From a virus, in the IMG/VR virus record IMGVR_UViG_3300028388_004772, positions 77,248-141,247 of that record: 64,000 nucleotides of DNA. One strand, 5' to 3'. How positions within the stretch are numbered: position 1 is the stretch's first letter; every line of letters starts with the position of its first letter. This document shows, piece by piece, positions 39,406 to 49,383 of the stretch. A program made the translations under genes and the position numbers. The notes below the pieces were generated by a model. The model searched no databases, was not told the origin of the DNA, and saw only the letters and a program-made list of their open reading frames with translations.

Positions 39406-40362
39406 TTATGCCGCCTCCGCAAACTCGATCGCTGTTTCCAGCGCATTTTTCTTGCGAGTCTGGTTAGAACCAAACCATGATGAATACAGACGATTGTCCG
39501 CATTGCGTCCCTGGACGTGATCAGTATTGAACGTCACAGAGTTGTATGCCTGCCACCAGCTGCCTTCAGCAAACTCGGCACCAGGCTGTGTCTCGAGGAC
39601 ATCAAGACATGCTTTCGCATTCCGTGACAATGTCTCTGCAGACAACTTCTTGTCTTTGACACGCTTGTCAGAATGACGAGGATAAACTGTGTTGTAATAC
39701 TCAATTAGCTTATCCATAGTGAAACGCTTAGAGCCAAGGTACTCTGCCATCTCACGGTATGTAGCCAACTTCTCAGAAGCAATTCCAAGAGCCTCTTTGA
39801 CTTCACCTGGGTTGAACTCAACACGATGTCCAACCTTTACTTGACGCTCAGCCTGCATGCTGAGAGACAAAGATAATGTGTTATTACACACTACACGAAT
39901 AGGAGTGAATCGAACATCGATTGACTTACCATACTGGTGTGGGTTAGAGAAAAGCAAATACGATTCTACTTGGTCACCACCAAACAAATCAAATGATTCT
40001 TTGACTTTTGCCAAAGCCCAGACCATCTGGCCATCACGAAGAGATCCAGCAGTGTGCATCTCCATATCACCAGCAAAGACATACTCACTAAAGAATTCAA
40101 AAGCCTGCTCGTTCTGGACTGGATTCCAGTCCTTACCTACATTGGTAAGAACTCGGCCGTCAGTAGCACGGACCAGAGCTTTCTGGCCAGTGGCAATCTG
40201 TTCGCCATTTAGATTAACAAATGAAGGAAGCTCTTCAACCTTCCAATCGACCCCAGCCTTCTGCATCATTTGAGCAGGAGTAAGATCATTAGAAACAGGA
40301 ACTCCAAGACCGTGCCAAGGAAGTTCACCTGCGTACGCCATAGTTTCAACTTGATGTGCCAT
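39406..40362 (-). CDS. DUF932/DUF945 family protein
   Basis: MAH.VETMAY...PWHGLG, PVQN..AF.FF, TAGSL..G, TPIRVVC.NTL, W.A.N.VT...DH. Confidence 0.85.
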   Translation of the reverse strand: MAHQVETMAYAGELPWHGLGVPVSNDLTPAQMMQKAGVDWKVEELPSFVNLNGEQIATGQKALVRATDGRVLTNVGKDWNPVQNEQAFEFFSEYVFAGDMEMHTAGSLRDGQMVWALAKVKESFDLFGGDQVESYLLFSNPHQYGKSIDVRFTPIRVVCNNTLSLSLSMQAERQVKVGHRVEFNPGEVKEALGIASEKLATYREMAEYLGSKRFTMDKLIEYYNTVYPRHSDKRVKDKKLSAETLSRNAKACLDVLETQPGAEFAEGSWWQAYNSVTFNTDHVQGRNADNRLYSSWFGSNQTRKKNALETAIEFAEAA

Positions 40363-40379
40363 AATATAAATTCCTTTGT

Positions 40380-40430
40380 TTTTTGATTTCAGATAAACAT
40401 TATCCGACCATACTTATACAAAGTCAACAG
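40380..40430 (-). promoter_or_regulatory. Early sigma70-like promoter (variant of the repeat)
   Basis: GTTGACTT-N-GATAAT followed by GTTTATCTGAAATC. Confidence 0.6.
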
Positions 40431-40685
40431 TTTTTTTCAATTAATTTAAAATTTGTTTTATATCCAACTAATATCTTTTTTTAGGTATTGATTGGATATA
40501 AAAGGTAACTTAAGAATATTCGTCTTTTGATAATTCACGGCACTTTATAAGAAGGAGATCAGCAATGATCTCATCAGGAAGGTATTCAGGTTCAAAAGCA
40601 ATTCCATATCGCATACAGTAATGCAAATAATTTTCAGCCTCTAATAGATTGGCTGGTGTCAAATGATTCCTATACTTTTCTGTAA

Positions 40686-40973
40686 TCATGTTTCCGTGCC
40701 TTGTGGTGGAAATAACTGAAAGTTGTCACCAGATGAAATAACACATGTCGTTTGCTTTTGTTTGTTTGTTACAATGAAGGACCAAGTCTTTGTCCGTGGA
40801 TTCACCCAAAAAGAATGGGCCAAATCTTCACCATCTTCATTTTTACTTGGTGCCATAAAGATAATTTCCTCTTTATATCTTTCACGAAGGCCCTCCAATA
40901 AATTTTGTGAAGGACCACACATAATCGGTAATTGTAATTCGAATGCAGCTACGGCTGCCAGTAAGAAGCTCAT
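40686..40973 (-). CDS. Small secreted/periplasmic-type hypothetical protein
   Basis: Hydrophobic N-terminus; P..C...L...Y.E...N..T.TWS...C...SG. Confidence 0.6.
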   Translation of the reverse strand: MSFLLAAVAAFELQLPIMCGPSQNLLEGLRERYKEEIIFMAPSKNEDGEDLAHSFWVNPRTKTWSFIVTNKQKQTTCVISSGDNFQLFPPQGTET

Positions 40974-40989
40974 AGCTTACATCTCCAAA

Positions 40990-41262
40990 AAAGTAGCCCG
41001 TTGGATTACAAGGTGGGCCAGACCCCGTTTAGCCTCAAGCGGCTAAAGCGTAAACGTCATCGTTTGCGTTTATTTTAAGTCCTTGCATTTTCGGCTAATG
41101 ATCTAACACCCGCCTGAGGTAGCTTGCGCACCTATTCTCCACAAAGCCTTGGGTCGCCGTCGAATCTATTTCGGTCCCATCAGAAACACTCCTCGAAGTG
41201 CTTTTGGTGGAACCGCCGGGTACTGCCCCCGGGTCCGTCAACTTATCTCTTTGCTTCACTGA
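40990..41262 (-). ncRNA. ssrA: Circularly permuted two-piece tmRNA (alphaproteobacterial type)
   Basis: Acceptor piece ends GACCCGGGGGCAGUACCCGGCGGUUCCACCA (41205). After a 26-nt spacer, the coding piece starts GGGACCGAAAUAGAUUCGAC (41178). G3-U70 pair present. Tag ANDDVYALAA* at 41067..41035. Confidence 0.93.
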
Positions 41263-41310
41263 ATTCTACTCTATTATATATTAATTTTTTATTATCGGCA
41301 ACAGGTTTAT

Positions 41311-41318
41311 TATAAATA
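41311..41318 (+). promoter_or_regulatory. T4-type late promoter TATAAATA
   Basis: Exact consensus followed by SD GAGGAG and the ATG at 41342. Confidence 0.8.
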
Positions 41319-41341
41319 TCCCATAGAGAGAGGAGTCGATT

Positions 41342-41779
41342 ATGTTAGCAGAGCTTGCCGCTGCTAATGCTGCATTTGATGTCATTAAGCAGACGATTCA
41401 GAATGGAAAGGAAATTTATGAGGCTGGTGAAGCAGCCGCAGAATACTTTGGTCTAAAATCTGAGATTCAGAAGAAAGCTCATGAACATGGATACAAATCT
41501 GACTTACAAGCTTTCATGGCTGCTGAGAAGCTTAAAGCTCAGGAGGATGAGCTAAAAGAGATGATGGTTTGGCAGGGAAGAGGTGGCATGTGGCAGGACT
41601 GGCTTACTTTCCAGGCTCAAATGAAAAAAAGTCGAGAAGAAGAAATGAAGTTAAAACAGATTGCAAAAGTAAAAAGAAAGAAACTTCTTATCGATTCATT
41701 GATCATTGGTTCAGCAATAACTGTAGGATTTACAGTTATATCTGGATTTGTTCTATTATTACTTTCAAATATAAAATAA
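41342..41779 (+). CDS. Helical protein with a C-terminal TM
   Basis: MLAELAAANAAF..IK...NG; C-terminal hydrophobic helix. Confidence 0.75.
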   Translation: MLAELAAANAAFDVIKQTIQNGKEIYEAGEAAAEYFGLKSEIQKKAHEHGYKSDLQAFMAAEKLKAQEDELKEMMVWQGRGGMWQDWLTFQAQMKKSREEEMKLKQIAKVKRKKLLIDSLIIGSAITVGFTVISGFVLLLLSNIK

Positions 41780-41788
41780 GGAGCAGAG

Positions 41789-42340
41789 ATGCTTAAGAAG
41801 CTAGCAATGGCTGGCTTAATTATGTTTACAGCTATGGCTTTTGGTGCTGACCCAATTGTGACTGATTCAACCAGCAATAGTACGGTTACGACTACAGGAA
41901 AGACCGAGACCACAGTTAAGTCTCCACCTTCTTCTGCAATTAGTCCATCTATTAATTCAAGCAATTCTGATCTATGTACGGTTGGAGTTTCTGGTGCTGT
42001 ACAGACTCAAATCCTTGGTATTTCTGGTGGAGCTACAGTTAGGGATCTCAACTGTGAACGATTAAAACTCGCAAAGACTGTATATGACATGGGTATGAAG
42101 GTTGCTGCTGTTTCTATTATGTGTGGTGATCCACGTGTATTCAATGCAATGTGGATGGCAGGAACTCCTTGTCCTTATGAAGGTAAGATTGGATCAGAAG
42201 CAAAGGCGTTGTGGGAAGCAAATCCTGAGCTGAAGCCAACAGAGATCGAAGTAGAGGAAAGACGTAATGACAAGTTTGAAGGTTGGGGTTGGGGTATTGC
42301 TACTTCTGCTCTTATCTTTGCACTTACCGGCACACTCTGA
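41789..42340 (+). CDS. Secreted Cys-containing protein with a C-terminal TM anchor
   Basis: Signal peptide ..AMAFG-A; SPP.SA.SP...D.C..G.SG.VQ...D.NCER.K...GMKVAAV..MC...AGTPCP. Confidence 0.8.
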   Translation: MLKKLAMAGLIMFTAMAFGADPIVTDSTSNSTVTTTGKTETTVKSPPSSAISPSINSSNSDLCTVGVSGAVQTQILGISGGATVRDLNCERLKLAKTVYDMGMKVAAVSIMCGDPRVFNAMWMAGTPCPYEGKIGSEAKALWEANPELKPTEIEVEERRNDKFEGWGWGIATSALIFALTGTL

Positions 42341-43943
42341 TACATCAGGTAATGTGATTCGCAACGATAGCTGGGACGGTGCTACTTACGGCAATGACCC
42401 TGGCGGTTGTTGTGCATCTATCTCTGGTAGTGGTGCTTTATATGATAACAGTACTGATACGATTATGTTCAGTTATGGACAGGATATTCTTTCTCAAACA
42501 ATAGCAATCAATGATGCATTACAAGCATCTGGTGTTCAGGTTGATGGATACAACTATGCTTGGACATGGCGTAGAGTTTCCAACAATGGCAGAGGTGGAG
42601 ATACATTACGATTTGAAGTAACTGTAAAAGATGCAAATGGTAATGAGGTCGAGGATTATGTTTATGATTATAGCAATATTGGTGCAGATGATACTTGGTA
42701 TTCAAGTGCTGGTACCGAAACCTTTGCAAATAGTTACCTTGATCCACAAAACATTCAATTGAGAATCATTGGTAAGGATGGTGGATTCTGGGCAGGCTAT
42801 TATGGACCAGAAGTCAAAGACGTCTCATTGACTCTTAATTATACTGCTGATCCTTGTGCCGCAAATCCTCTCTACGATCCAGCATGTTCTGGATATGCAG
42901 AAGCATATGCCGAACAGCAATACCAACTAAACTGTCAAGCAAATCCACTTTACGACTCGGGGTGTCCAGGCTATGCACAGGCTTATTTCGACCAACAATG
43001 TAATGCAGATCCCTTATATAACCAGAGTTGTCCTGGTTACGCTTCTGCTTACTTTGACTATCAATGTAGCATTGATCCTCTATACGATACAGCTTGTCCA
43101 GGCTATGCCGAAGCATTGTACGACTACAACTGCTCATCAGACCCCTTATTTGATACCGGCTGTCCCGGATACGCCCAAGCCTATCTCGAATATCAATGTT
43201 CTTTAGATCCTTTATATGATAGAAACTGTGATGGATATGCAGAAGCCTATGCACAGGAGAATATCTTAAATGAAGAGACAACAAGTACGCCGGAGACGAT
43301 TTCTTCAGCATCGGAGACGGTCCTGCCTGTCACTGATCCAGAAGAAATCGGAAGACCGTCAACAACAGGAGACTCAACCGTCGATGGTATCCTATCTGAT
43401 CTGTCAACTAGCCCAACGGTCCCCACTGTGGTTACAGAACCTGTTGCTGACCTGGCACCAGAACCATCTCAACAAGAAACTCAAGAAGAGCAAATGGAAG
43501 AAGAACTGGCTTCCCTGGAGTTAGAAAATGATACAACCGAAACCGAGTCTGTTGCATCTACTGAAGAAGCAGGAGGAGACGATTCTGAATCATCCGATGA
43601 ATCTGAGGGAGAGTCTTCTGATGGAGGAGATTCAGAATCTGAGAAAAAAGATTCAAAGAAAGAAAAAATGAAAAAAGCAATTGCGAAAAAGGCTGCTTCA
43701 TTGGCCGAACAAATGTCAGCAGCTGCATCGCTTGAAGCACAACAAGCAGCACAAGCTCAAGTCCTTGCCTTGATAAACTATGTTCCTGACTTTAATACAT
43801 ATAGTAGGGCAATGAATGGTGGATATCTTCCTGATGTCCAATTCTACACCGAGACTAAAGTGCCAGAATCTCGGCGTGGTCTAAGAAACGGACTGGCACA
43901 GCAAATCCTCCATGAAAAAATGGTGGATATGCAATATAGATAG
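42267..43943 (+). CDS. Secreted protein: beta-sandwich domain, Cys repeats, acidic linker, coiled coil
   Basis: Signal peptide; GKD.GFWAGYYGP motif; six CxxxPLYxxxCPGY repeats. Confidence 0.85.
   Translation: MTSLKVGVGVLLLLLLSLHLPAHSDTSGNVIRNDSWDGATYGNDPGGCCASISGSGALYDNSTDTIMFSYGQDILSQTIAINDALQASGVQVDGYNYAWTWRRVSNNGRGGDTLRFEVTVKDANGNEVEDYVYDYSNIGADDTWYSSAGTETFANSYLDPQNIQLRIIGKDGGFWAGYYGPEVKDVSLTLNYTADPCAANPLYDPACSGYAEAYAEQQYQLNCQANPLYDSGCPGYAQAYFDQQCNADPLYNQSCPGYASAYFDYQCSIDPLYDTACPGYAEALYDYNCSSDPLFDTGCPGYAQAYLEYQCSLDPLYDRNCDGYAEAYAQENILNEETTSTPETISSASETVLPVTDPEEIGRPSTTGDSTVDGILSDLSTSPTVPTVVTEPVADLAPEPSQQETQEEQMEEELASLELENDTTETESVASTEEAGGDDSESSDESEGESSDGGDSESEKKDSKKEKMKKAIAKKAASLAEQMSAAASLEAQQAAQAQVLALINYVPDFNTYSRAMNGGYLPDVQFYTETKVPESRRGLRNGLAQQILHEKMVDMQYR
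42855..43250 (+). repeat. Six ~66-bp (22-aa) tandem repeats C-x-x-(D/N)-P-L-(Y/F)-x-x-x-C-(P/S/D)-G-Y-A-x-A-(Y/L)
   Basis: Visible directly in the translation of 42267..43943. Confidence 0.9.
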
Positions 43944-44038
43944 GAGTCTTATGTCTGATAGAGATTATTTCAATTTAAGGGAAATGATTCGCAAACTTCA
44001 AAGGGAAGTGGAAAGACTAAAACGACAAATAGAGGAAA

Positions 44039-44407
44039 ATGATGTTAAAACTTAGTGCAGCTATTTTAGGACTAGCTCTGATGACGGGATGTTCAACCAT
44101 CCCGTCTTTCTGGGACGATAACGAATCAATGCTTGCTGTTGATGTAAGATTTGCGGTTGCTAAACTCGACTGTAGTCAACCATATCAACATCAGGTTGAA
44201 GAAATCAAAGACAGGGTGGATTTGTTTACCTACTACTCTGAGTCCAGAGGTTCTTCGGACATAGGGGAAATCGTCGGGGAAATGAAAAAAACTGTCGATG
44301 GTTTATATGAAGATAATTCCAACAACGCGTTCTTCTGTAACATGAAGAAGAAGATACTAGTTAAACAATCTGCTGATATTGCAGACGCAACAATGGGGAG
44401 ATATTAA
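44039..44407 (+). CDS. Lipoprotein
   Basis: Lipobox ALMTG-C plus two further Cys. Confidence 0.75.
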   Translation: MMLKLSAAILGLALMTGCSTIPSFWDDNESMLAVDVRFAVAKLDCSQPYQHQVEEIKDRVDLFTYYSESRGSSDIGEIVGEMKKTVDGLYEDNSNNAFFCNMKKKILVKQSADIADATMGRY

Positions 44408-44649
44408 TGAGTGAAAATATTAAAGAAGTACAAGCACTATTATCATGTGGCGACGAGTTTGTTGAAAGACAAGCGGCGTTGGCTCTTGAAATTGCTGATG
44501 CACAAGCAATGGGCAATATATCATCTCAGCAAGCAAAAGAGCTTATGGAAGATCTGGTTCGAACAGAAAACATTGAAGGCAAGTCAGAAAATATCCAATT
44601 GGTTGGAGCGCTAATCACTGGTGTGATGGGCTTGGCTTCCGTAGTATAA
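44407..44649 (+). CDS. Small protein with a hydrophobic C-terminus
   Basis: Coupled to the lipoprotein by a TAATG overlap. Confidence 0.65.
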   Translation: MSENIKEVQALLSCGDEFVERQAALALEIADAQAMGNISSQQAKELMEDLVRTENIEGKSENIQLVGALITGVMGLASVV

Positions 44650-44659
44650 GGAGAAAGTA

Positions 44660-45205
44660 ATGGCAGAGTTTGAATTCGGCGGAATGACATTCCGTGGTGG
44701 AAAAATGATGATTATTCTTACTGCATTGTCGACTGCTGGCGGCGCTGCCTGGGGTGGATTTGAGATCTATAAAGATTACATGGATATGAAAGAGATCATC
44801 CAGAATATTGACGTTGATGCGATTGAGGCTTCAAACAATCAAGTTATTCTCAAGATGGATCAGCAAATGCTTCGCATCGATGAGGCGATTGAATATACTC
44901 GGGATATCAAATCTGGTTTGAGAGACGATATCCTTGGTATTGAAAAGCAAGTTGATCGTATGGAAGATAAAATCCGTGAGACCGAAGAAGATGTTCGTCA
45001 GTCAATTTCAAATGCTGAAGAACGTTTTGAGAATAAAAGAGACGCTCTACAAAACGATTATGATGAAAAAGCAAATCGTCTTGCAGAACGTAATGATAGT
45101 ATGAGAACTGATCTAGAGGATAAAGTAGATCGTGAGATCACAGATCTTGAAGATCGTCTTGGAAAGAAACTTCAGCGCGCATTGGACAATCCTCTAGCTA
45201 ACTAG
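44660..45205 (+). CDS. N-terminally anchored coiled-coil protein
   Basis: SD AAGGAG; TM IILTALST.GG..WGGF; long coiled coil; ends ALDNPLAN. Confidence 0.8.
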   Translation: MAEFEFGGMTFRGGKMMIILTALSTAGGAAWGGFEIYKDYMDMKEIIQNIDVDAIEASNNQVILKMDQQMLRIDEAIEYTRDIKSGLRDDILGIEKQVDRMEDKIRETEEDVRQSISNAEERFENKRDALQNDYDEKANRLAERNDSMRTDLEDKVDREITDLEDRLGKKLQRALDNPLAN

Positions 45206-45376
45206 AGGATTTGTTTCTTCTCAAAACATTATATGGATCTACTTGATCCAACCAAACATCACCAAGTGCAGCAACATAAGCATCATATGATTTCATCTGA
45301 AACTCTGTTTGTTTATCACCTGGAATAAAAATCTCCTGAAATTCATCAGGAGTAATATCCATTTCAATTTTAATTT

Positions 45377-45703
45377 TCATAATTCAATAATCTCAATTCT
45401 ATCGCCGAACCTTTCCTTTAGTTCATTATATATTCCAGCATTACTCATTCGTAATCCTTGACGGCCTTTAAGTAAATAGTATGTTGACCCACTTTCAGTT
45501 TTAACTGTATAGAAGTCTTGGTTTACTTTTATATTGATTTCTTTAATATGTGAGCTCATACGCCAAGAGTCCCCATACAGATAACTACCAGACCAACCAG
45601 AGAGAATCTTTTGACGAGGGGGATAACCTGGATGGATCGGATCTTGTATCTCTACGATCACCCAAGCATCGGGTGTAATACCTTCCTCAGCTTCCAATTT
45701 CAT
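45377..45703 (-). CDS. Conserved phage hypothetical protein
   Basis: PD.WVIV...K.L.GWSGSYL.GDSWRMSS.I. Confidence 0.7.
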   Translation of the reverse strand: MKLEAEEGITPDAWVIVEIQDPIHPGYPPRQKILSGWSGSYLYGDSWRMSSHIKEINIKVNQDFYTVKTESGSTYYLLKGRQGLRMSNAGIYNELKERFGDRIEIIEL

Positions 45704-47371
45704 CTTCTTTCCACCATCTAATCACGTGACCGGTCTCTTGCAAATAGGTCTCCATGATTTGCTCAAACGTCCAGAGTGTTTCTGTCTCAAGATCTTCCAA
45801 CCAAGCACTGAACGGATTCCAATCTTCAGTCCGCATTATCGGCAATGAGTATTCAAATCCCCAAGGATGATCAGGCACACCGTAAATGTCAATACGGCCT
45901 CCGGACCAATGAGATCCATACTCATTAATGAACTCTTCATTGATCGGTCCCATCCAATTGGTAGAATAACTAATCATTCTTGCGGATCACTCCCTGGATA
46001 ACAATATCCATCATCTTGCTCTTCCATAAAATCTGCAGCAGTCATAAACTTAATATCGCCCATAGGCTTTCTTTTATATTTGCTCAAATCCTGTTCCGTG
46101 GCGAGTTCTTCCTTGAGCTCGTCTTCATAAACTCCACCACACATAATCATTAACCTTCTTTCTCCAAATTCCAGCGTACCTTATTCGGTGGCGCAGGATC
46201 TGCTTTTTTCTTTTCAATGGTAAAAATAAACCATGTAAAGAATACCATACTAATCAAAGCAATATGTCCAATAATGTTATAACCAATAAACAATAGCTCA
46301 GCAGTAAAGATGCCGAATGCGATACACCACAACGATGCAAGTAAGTTTGTTGCTAAAAACTTATATTCCATCGGTGCACTTTTGAGTCCATTCTTTGTTG
46401 AATCGAGTAATCCATAACCGATCTTTCCTAGTTTATACCAACCTACCATTTTACTCTACCTCTTGTGGCCAAGATCTGACCATTTCAAAACTTTCTTCAG
46501 GATAGCCAAAGCTACAAACCCATTTTACTAGATCAAAATCGTTTTTGATCCATAGATCATAACCTGTGCCACCAACTGCTTCCTCTGGTAATGCACGAGG
46601 AAATCCATATGCCCAACCAGCAGGAGTTGGGTCGACCATTAATTGATATTTTGTCGCCATTTTCTTTCTTCCTCTTCATAGTAAGCTTCTCGGTCAAAAT
46701 CAATTTCTGTGATAGCTGATTTCACAATCATATCATCTGTCCAATCAGTATAGTAACCATTGTCTACCTTGAATTGGTCGATGGCCTCATCTAATGTTAC
46801 TTCACGACAACTTACTATATTCTCTCCTATGTGCTCCTGAGAAAACTCTCGAGTGTTTTCACAAACAACAGTATCACTAGCATATTCTTGAGGGGTACAA
46901 GGAAACAAGTATTCGTCTTTTGGATTCTCACAATCATCTGGCACTTCTACAACATACCGCATGCGGAACATTGAGACTGTATCGACCATCATATACTTAC
47001 TCATTAATCACCTGTGCCTTACCGTGCTTGAATTTACCAAACCGATTCTTTTTCATATTAACTTTAAACATTGTAAACTTCCAGCCTGGTGGTGGCGGTG
47101 GAATACACTTATCTTCTCTCGTTACCATGCTAGTTGTGGTTTGGACGACTTTGATCAATCGGCCAAACTCCTTCTTGCATGCCCAGATAGCGGCTGGAAC
47201 ACTTTTGTTCAAGAATCTACGTTGCTGAGGAAAACCAACACCGTCTTCAAATTTTACTGTGACCCAGTAACTGGTTGTATCATCTTCTTGATTGTACCAA
47301 CCATCTGTCAATGTGTCATCACTACGCATCGATGCTGGCTTGAACTTTCCTGCTCTTTGATTACTCATAAT

Positions 47372-47875
47372 TTAATCCCATAACGATTGGTAATACTTAC
47401 CGAATAGTTTTAATCCATTAACAATACGATCATTATACAGTTTTAAGCCTTCGGTGTCAACTTTCAACTTATGTACGGATTCTTCAAGAGAATCATTTTC
47501 GTCAACCTCTGAATGATCATAAAACTGACTATCGTCAGATTGAATCACTTGTTCCATAGCCCAGATCATTTCGCCCATCATCCAATCCCAACATTCCTGT
47601 TGTCTTTGGAATTCATCATCATTATATCCAGTGCCATTAAACAAATCACCAACTGCTCTTGGATCCCATTCGCGACGAATATATTGTAGATGCTCTGGCA
47701 TGTCCTCGTAATCCATATAAGGAACACCATGCTTAGTTTCTTTGAGTTGTTTGAGCATAGGAAGAGCAATCAAGGCCAGTGTATGGTCCATATTCCATGT
47801 GTCATATTCATGGATGTGAACCTCCTCTTTGCGAGGAGTATCATCATCTTTATATGGACCAATGTGAACTTTCAT
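47372..47875 (-). CDS. Conserved T4-like hypothetical protein
   Basis: YDTW.MDHTLA.I..PMLKQLK..KHG.P...LFGKYY..LWD. Confidence 0.75.
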   Translation of the reverse strand: MKVHIGPYKDDDTPRKEEVHIHEYDTWNMDHTLALIALPMLKQLKETKHGVPYMDYEDMPEHLQYIRREWDPRAVGDLFNGTGYNDDEFQRQQECWDWMMGEMIWAMEQVIQSDDSQFYDHSEVDENDSLEESVHKLKVDTEGLKLYNDRIVNGLKLFGKYYQSLWD

Positions 47876-48548
47876 TCTGTTAAGAACTCTGGATCCGGTT
47901 CATTGCTATTATTGATCTGCTCGTACAGATCAGCATTGATTGCGCCGTACTTCTTGACAAAGTCTTCCTTTGATAAGTTAATTGCATCTTCTTGCATATC
48001 AAAGAAATCATTACCCATCTTACTCATTATTAAATCCCCTTTACCATTTTAATAATACAATCGGGCCGGCGACGATTTTGATATTCGTACGCTTCTTGCT
48101 TGTCTCGTGTATTAAATACAATGTTACCATCTTTATCTATCAAATGAAATCGCATTAGAATTCTCCGCTTGTTCCGTACTTGTTGTAATACTCAACTGCA
48201 CCACGTTCGTATGCAGTTGAGGCACGTAGCTTACGCATTTTCTCAAAAAAGTAATCCTCGCGCACAGCCTCGTGGATTGCAATTGCTGCTTTGATGTATC
48301 CACGATTCTGTGTAAAAGTTTTCAGAAGCTCATCCTGTTTCGCGAAGATTTCCTTTGCACCTGGAATATCAATGTTACGCATTTTCGTTCTCCTCAGGAG
48401 TAGCCATCTCACCACGCAAGCCAAGCAAAGCAGCCATAGCTTTATGAGCATAGCTTTTTTCTGCGTTAGTCATTTCACCGTACATACGATCTAAGTCCAA
48501 CATCATCTTTTGAACTACCGCATCCATCATTTCATTTTTCATAATATA

Positions 48549-48601
48549 TCTCCTCATTTGATGTAAACATTGTCTCATATACTTTGGCAAAGGTAAACAA
48601 C
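48549..48601 (-). promoter_or_regulatory. Early promoter/leader repeat, copy 4
   Basis: GTTTAC (T4 early -35-like)...GACAAT-GTTTACATCAAATGAGGAGA. Confidence 0.7.
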
Positions 48602-48633
48602 ATTTTCAAATCTTTTTTCAATAACAAATTCAA

Positions 48634-48960
48634 TCATTTACTTAAATGTTTGCACTCGCCTCGGAACTTGAATCCGGTGCAGGTGCATGTGTTCTTAGTC
48701 TTGTTGACTTGGTACACTTTACCCTTCGAGCCAGCAACTTCGATAATATCATCATCATGCTCTTCGGGTACTGTGCCAACCAAATCAAATGTACGGCCGC
48801 GCGTGTCAAACTTCAACGGTTTCGTATACTTATCCAATCCCCGAGAGTAATCTCCAACCTGGAACCAAACAAGTTTGTCTTTTTCATTGACATAATAAAG
48901 ATGTGGTTGATAAGTAAAGTCATCCACCGTGCCAGTTGTTTCTCGAAGAATACGAATCAT
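48634..48960 (-). CDS. SWIM zinc-finger protein
   Basis: V.GSKG..Y.V...CTC.GF.FR..CKH. Confidence 0.75.
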   Translation of the reverse strand: MIRILRETTGTVDDFTYQPHLYYVNEKDKLVWFQVGDYSRGLDKYTKPLKFDTRGRTFDLVGTVPEEHDDDIIEVAGSKGKVYQVNKTKNTCTCTGFKFRGECKHLSK

Positions 48961-49072
48961 TAGAACTTTCTCCATTCACCAGAGATAAGCAGCCAAGAGA
49001 TAGCAACTCCAGTGACGCCAAGCACAATCATGACGTCAAGATAATTTGCAGTATAACCCATAACCTCTCTCC

Positions 49073-49324
49073 TTACGCCCGAGCCAAAACTTCTGTTGCA
49101 TCGAACACTGAGAAGAAACGTGGCTTCTTGTTTGTCTCAGTTTCGTCTTCGTCCTTCGAGAACATCACGAGCTTAGCACAAGCTTTCAAACCTTTCAATT
49201 TAGTTCCTGGGATACCCAACTCACGAGTAGCCTGCTTGAAAGTCAATACTGCATCAACACCAGCTTCAGCCAAGATCGCTGCGTTCTTACCAGTGTACTC
49301 ACGCTTAGTTACATAATTAATCAT
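49073..49324 (-). CDS. Stand-alone ArdC N-terminal-like (ssDNA-binding) domain
   Basis: N..T.R.Y.G.N...L...TFKQA...F.VF pattern. Confidence 0.6.
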   Translation of the reverse strand: MINYVTKREYTGKNAAILAEAGVDAVLTFKQATRELGIPGTKLKGLKACAKLVMFSKDEDETETNKKPRFFSVFDATEVLARA

Positions 49325-49329
49325 TTCTA

Positions 49330-49383
49330 TCTCTCCTTCATTTGATGTAGCCATTATCCTACATTATAAGAAAAAGAAAACAG
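49330..49383 (-). promoter_or_regulatory. Early promoter/leader repeat, copy 5
   Basis: Nearly identical to 5292..5345. Confidence 0.75.

Noticed and set aside
41124-41315. 63-aa plus-strand ORF
   Set aside because: Antisense to the tmRNA.
42855-43250. CRISPR-like array
   Set aside because: The repeats are in-frame, degenerate at synonymous positions, and encode a protein repeat.
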